Below, in pieces: positions 59,754 through 64,000 of a stretch of 64,000 nt of DNA. Source of the stretch: Oikopleura dioica (taxonomy: Eukaryota > Animalia > Chordata); the NCBI GenBank assembly GCA_907165135.1, contig OU015567.1, forward strand, positions 5,022,001 to 5,086,000. Reading direction: 5' to 3'. The notes beneath the pieces were generated by a model. The model searched no databases and had not been told where the DNA came from. It saw only the letters and a program-made list of their open reading frames with translations. Within the stretch, counting starts at the first letter, position 1. Each line of letters starts with the position of its first letter. The translations under genes and the position numbers were made by a program.

Positions 59754-60266
59754 TTTCTCGATTTCTTTCTGGAAAAATTGCTCTCTGGATCCGGGAATGG
59801 CAAAGATCAGGCCGCAGAGAATATTTGAGCTGGTTTTAAATTTTTATCGCTGCTCAAATTTTCGATCGTTTTGTTTCTTTTTGGATTCGGGGAACAGTAG
59901 TTTGGTGACTATCATGTTGGATCTTGTTAAAAACGCCGGTTCCAGTCATGGATGACCAGCATGTTCGAATAAGACTTGATGAAAGATGAAAGTTACATTA
60001 TAAAGATTTGAAAGAACACATGAATGTCTTGTTTGATCAAATAAAAATCGTGTTTATGATACCCAAATATATATTCTGTTTATATGAACCTTCTTTCTGT
60101 TCTTTCTCGCAATCGACTCAGAATGCCAAGAAAATAGGGAAAGAAATTCGATTAAGGCTACGTGGCCAAAAGATGAACAAGGGGACACATTCAAAAAGTG
60201 CAGAATGAACAAGGGCACGGTATATTTAATTTCTTTGCGGAAAAATCAAGACCGGAAGTAAAAGCT

Positions 60267-60353
60267 TCCGTCGAACCGGATTCGAACCAGTGACCTAGAG
60301 ATAACTGCTCAACCCTCTACAGTCTCCCGCTCTGCCAACTGAGCTATCGACGG
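60267..60353 (-). tRNA. tRNA-Tyr(GTA) with a 14-nt intron
   Basis: Reverse complement CCGTCGA TAGCTCAGTTGGCAGAGC G GGAGA CTGTAG[AGGGTTGAGCAGTT]A TCTCT AGGTC ACTGG TTCGAAT CCGGT TCGACGG A. Full cloverleaf with the intron at the canonical 37/38 position. Confidence 0.95.
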
Positions 60354-60535
60354 CTGAGAATGTTAATTTGAGAATCTATTTTTAAAATTTCGTGTTTTTG
60401 ACATAACAATTTCTTTCGATTTATCAGGGAAATCTGCGCGAAAAAAAAATCCGTTCAAAAAGACGTCATTTTATTGAAATAAAAATTTATTGTGTGGGAA
60501 GGAAATTTGTGGTGATAAATAAATGGCAGGAAAAT

Positions 60536-61400
60536 CTAATTCTGGTAGGATTGGATCGTTTGATTCATCGATTCCTCTTCGGCAGAGAGCGGCATGTAGT
60601 CTTTTTTCGGAGTCCTTGGCTTGAAGAAATTCTTGAAGCCCCGCTAAAAAAATTGTGGAAACTCGTCTCGTTTTTCGCGAAGTATGAAGTCTCACCTTTT
60701 TGGTTTGGAATGAGAAGCCAGCGGCTGAAGGAGCTGGTGGGACGCCGTTTCCGTCCGAATCCGTATCGAGCGCTACGTCAAAGGATTTTTTCACATTCTG
60801 CTTGAATTTATCCATCAATCCGGCCGATTTCTTCGCCGCAGAATAGGATGCTTTGCTCGATTTTCCATGTTCAGTGTCAGATGCGTAGCTAGAGCTGGCG
60901 ACTTTGCTGGTTTTAAGAGCTTATCTTTTTCCGGATCTTTATTTTGAAATAAGAGTGAAGCTCTCAAAAGTTTCCTGAATCTCCATCTCTGCCGCTGCAG
61001 CATAAGCAGTAGAGCACAATGATCGTAAAAATTATTATTCCTCAAAACAATTAAATGCAATCATTAATTAAAAACTCGCTTACCAACAGTATAAATCCAT
61101 CCCGAAATGACATCTGGGTCTGTGGGAATGTCTTTTTCATCATCATCATCATCTTCATCCGGGTCTGTTTCGATTTCGTCGTCATCTTCGTCGATCAAAA
61201 AGTAGTCGTTTATGTCTTCATAATTTGCGTATTCGAGGCATTTCCCGGCTTCAAACTGTAAATAAAATGCGGATGAATGGCCTACCTTGGTAAAGAATGC
61301 ACCTAACAAACATTCTCAAAAAATCAAATCTGGAGAAGCAAGAGCAAAATAATGAAAATGAAAAAATAAATCTAGAACAATCGTAACATTTCCTGTCACT
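60536..61400 (-). CDS. Type I membrane protein with an acidic ectodomain, unknown
   Basis: Asp/Glu-rich exon, TM ...MIIVLYCLCC, cytoplasmic exons ending TIQSYQN*. The start is approximate. Confidence 0.55.
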
Positions 61401-61761
61401 CAAATTTATTCTTTTCGATTGCAGAATTTTAGACTCATGAATCATGATTCATGAATAAATTGTCGCATGTCATTCATCATCTTTTCATCGCGTTCTTTTT
61501 GTGGATAATTAAGCTTTTGCATCAAAGAAATCAAAGACCACAAATTAGTTTCTGCAAGAATGAATTAAATATTTTTGCAATAAAAGAACTTTGAGTTTCT
61601 AAACATACTTTTCTTTTTTCTCTTAAATTTCAATATCATTTACATCTTTATTTTAATAAAAATGTAAATAATCAATGCTCATAGTCCTTGATCTTATCAG
61701 AATACGAAATCAGTCATTATGAGTGCACTTTCTCGTTAATTTCGATCAAGCTGAGTACCGT

Positions 61762-61876
61762 CACCTGCGATCATCATCAGCTCAAATCACCTGTCAAGGG
61801 CAATTAACTCGACCTTGCCATTTTAACTCCTCCTCCTCCTCAGCGCCACTATCACACCTGTTCTTTTCATATAAAA
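61762..61876 (+). promoter_or_regulatory. Promoter: three CACCTG E-boxes plus TATAAAA
   Basis: CACCTG at 61762, 61788 and 61855; TATAAAA at 61870; ATG at 61945. Confidence 0.5.
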
Positions 61877-61944
61877 CGAAAATCACTTTTGCAAAAATCA
61901 TCAAATCAAAAAAACAGCAACCAAAAGAACACCAGAAGCTCAAA

Positions 61945-62277
61945 ATGACCATCTCCACAACTCCCACTCGAGTTCGAACCCTCTCCGGCCCTCGACTCGA
62001 AATCGAAGAATGCTCCGGCGAAAACATCCGCCGCTTCTCAATGGTTTTAGACGAGCAAGTTCCGAAAAACTCTCCGATGAAAAAGTTGAAAAAGACGCTC
62101 AAGAAACTCCTAAAACTCGAAAAGGCTCCAAAAGAAATGAAAAAGTCCCAGTTTTTGGCTGAAGAAAAAGAGGATGAAACGATTTCGGCCCCGATAATTA
62201 ACTACAATATTTCCATTATTCAAAACGATTCTGGAAATTCCATCGTTTTCTGGGAAGAATCTTACGAAGCCATCTAA
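61945..62277 (+). CDS. Small intronless protein (110 aa), unknown
   Basis: TATA box, A/C-rich leader, AAAATG start, coding-like composition. Confidence 0.6.
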   Translation: MTISTTPTRVRTLSGPRLEIEECSGENIRRFSMVLDEQVPKNSPMKKLKKTLKKLLKLEKAPKEMKKSQFLAEEKEDETISAPIINYNISIIQNDSGNSIVFWEESYEAI

Positions 62278-63019
62278 ATTTCAGTTCTGTCAATACTGTA
62301 TATTACTAACTGTAAATACCACCTGTAAGAAAATTCTTCAAATAGACTCTTTTCAATTAAAAAAAACGAGTTAGACCGAAAAATAAGTGATTTTATGGAT
62401 CTGGGCTTTGATTGGCCGGCTGGCCAAATACAGCAATCTTATTGGCTATTCAAAAATCCACTTCTATTTTTTGGTTTAGTCCAAAAAAGCTGATTATCCA
62501 CTCTTTTCCTAGCCCAAGTTCAGTAAGCATCCGATTGAACATCACTGTCTCCAACCGATTCATCAAGAACTTCTTAAGGGGTTCATCAGATTCTGACTCT
62601 TCTTTGTGCTTGCTCAGGACGTTCACGAAACCACCAGGAGCTCATTTTGAATCAAAAATTTTTCCTCCCTTTCTTTGTTCAAATTTGATCCTTATCTTGA
62701 TTCAGCATCTTTTCTCGATCTTCAAGATAGGAGAACATGTCGTTATTCGTATTTTGAGGCCGGTTAATTTCAGCCTTGATAGCGGGACTAAGCGGCTCGA
62801 TTTCTGCAGGGAAAATTAAAAATATAAAAAGAAAAAGAGTCTTCATGAAAAAAATCTTTCAATCTTCAAATCTTTCAAGAGAGGTTCTCCTTTATACAGT
62901 AATAGCCCTGACAGTAATTTGACAACGTTTTCGTCTCAATGATTCATTGACGAAATTCATTGAACACAAAAAAATCTGATTAATTGATATGAAAATATAT
63001 TTATTTTGTAAAAAAACAG

Positions 63020-64000
63020 CTTCAGGTCGAGGAAGAAAATAGCCGTTTTATATCTGCAAGGTGCGAGGCGAAATGTCCTTCCCATCGGTGAAGATCTTCC
63101 AGAGCATTTGCTTCTTCATTTCGAACAGCGAGTTTTTTCTCCGTGTAAAAAGTTTTGAGCTTCAAATCTGAAAGTCAAAATTTCAAGAAAAATTACTTCA
63201 GAAAAAATGGCTTACATAAGAGTTGGCGCTCTTTTTCAAGTTCAAGGTGGGCAAGTGTTTTCTTTGTCACGTGAATTTCTTCATTTTCAAAGACCGGTAG
63301 ATGCTCGCAATCCAGTTTTCGAAGCGTCGATTTTTCAATATGAGGGTTTTCTTCCATGATTTCATCGAACAAAATCCGCTCCCTGAATATATTAAAAAAG
63401 AAGAAAAAGCTCGAAAACTTACGAAAACGAGTCTGAAAGAAATTTGGTTTCCTTGTATATTTGTGAAAGAGAGGCGGAAATTTCTTCTGTGAGCATTTCA
63501 ATTTCCTCTTCCGCTTTGTCCTTGATGAATTTTGACTGGCGCAGAACTCGGTCGTTTTCCTCCTCGTTGATTTTCTCCAGCTTCCAAAGGTCATCTGGGT
63601 GCCCAAGGTTGACTCTAGAAATACGTTGGAATCGGCAATAAACTAACTGATAAGCAATCCGAAATTCAGACCATCAATTTTTCAGATTTCAAGCAAAAAA
63701 GCCGAAACCATAAAAATGAGATTTTTTCTTTTTTATAAAGATAAAAAATTTGTTCTCAAAATTGATCTTAAAGAAAAACGCCTTAGTAGCCTTAGTGGCC
63801 TGAGTCTTCTTAATTCTTCTACCTTAGCTGATTAAAATGCTCTTTCTTTGCTTCTTCTAGCGCATCTTCCAAAAACTCATTCCTCTTCCGAACCTCTTCT
63901 TGTCCACTTTTCATCCTTTTCTCAAAATTCGAGAAGCAGCTGTTGAAAATTTTCGATGGAAGATTTCCCTCGATTTTTTCAAGCGATCGCGAAATTTCCT
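63020..64000 (-). CDS. Partial multi-exon charged/coiled-coil protein (5' end outside the window)
   Basis: E/K-rich exon frames such as RILFDEIMEENPHIEK... and LEDLHRWEGHFASHL. Confidence 0.45.

Noticed and set aside
60267-60353. tRNA as the primer or integration target of the LTR element
   Set aside because: Its 3' end does not match the PBS and it is more than 8 kb away. It is an ordinary intron-containing tRNA-Tyr.

Overview
Eukaryotic, AT-rich, very compact genomic DNA. It has many 40-80 nt introns (some with GA or GC donors), dense MITEs and TTAGGG-type motifs. The best fit is the appendicularian tunicate Oikopleura dioica; this is inferred from style and not verified. I can support about 20 protein-coding genes, most of them spliced, so the ORF track shows only fragments. 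They include a TTC23-like TPR gene, a type II kelch-like protein, two tandem EGF-repeat paralogs, an acyl-CoA ligase, an ankyrin protein, three ZP-domain genes, a secreted beta-propeller protein, a PepT/SLC15 transporter and a divergent TGF-beta-superfamily ligand. There is also one intron-containing tRNA-Tyr. The most striking object is a very young 4.26 kb LTR retroelement (47622-51881). Its LTRs differ by one homopolymer base, have non-canonical TAGA...TCTA ends and are flanked by a GACT target duplication. It has a PBS and PPT and one intact 592-aa Gag-like ORF but no pol, and it sits in an array of TGA(G/C)TCA motifs. Other highlights are an unannotated spliced prohormone-like gene (GKR site) with an AP-1-like palindrome array in its intron, a 168-aa TGF-beta-like ligand with a tiny prodomain and no dimerisation cysteine, and CUB-ZP proteins whose furin site lies inside the CUB domain. 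Exon boundaries were read by eye and are approximate unless stated.
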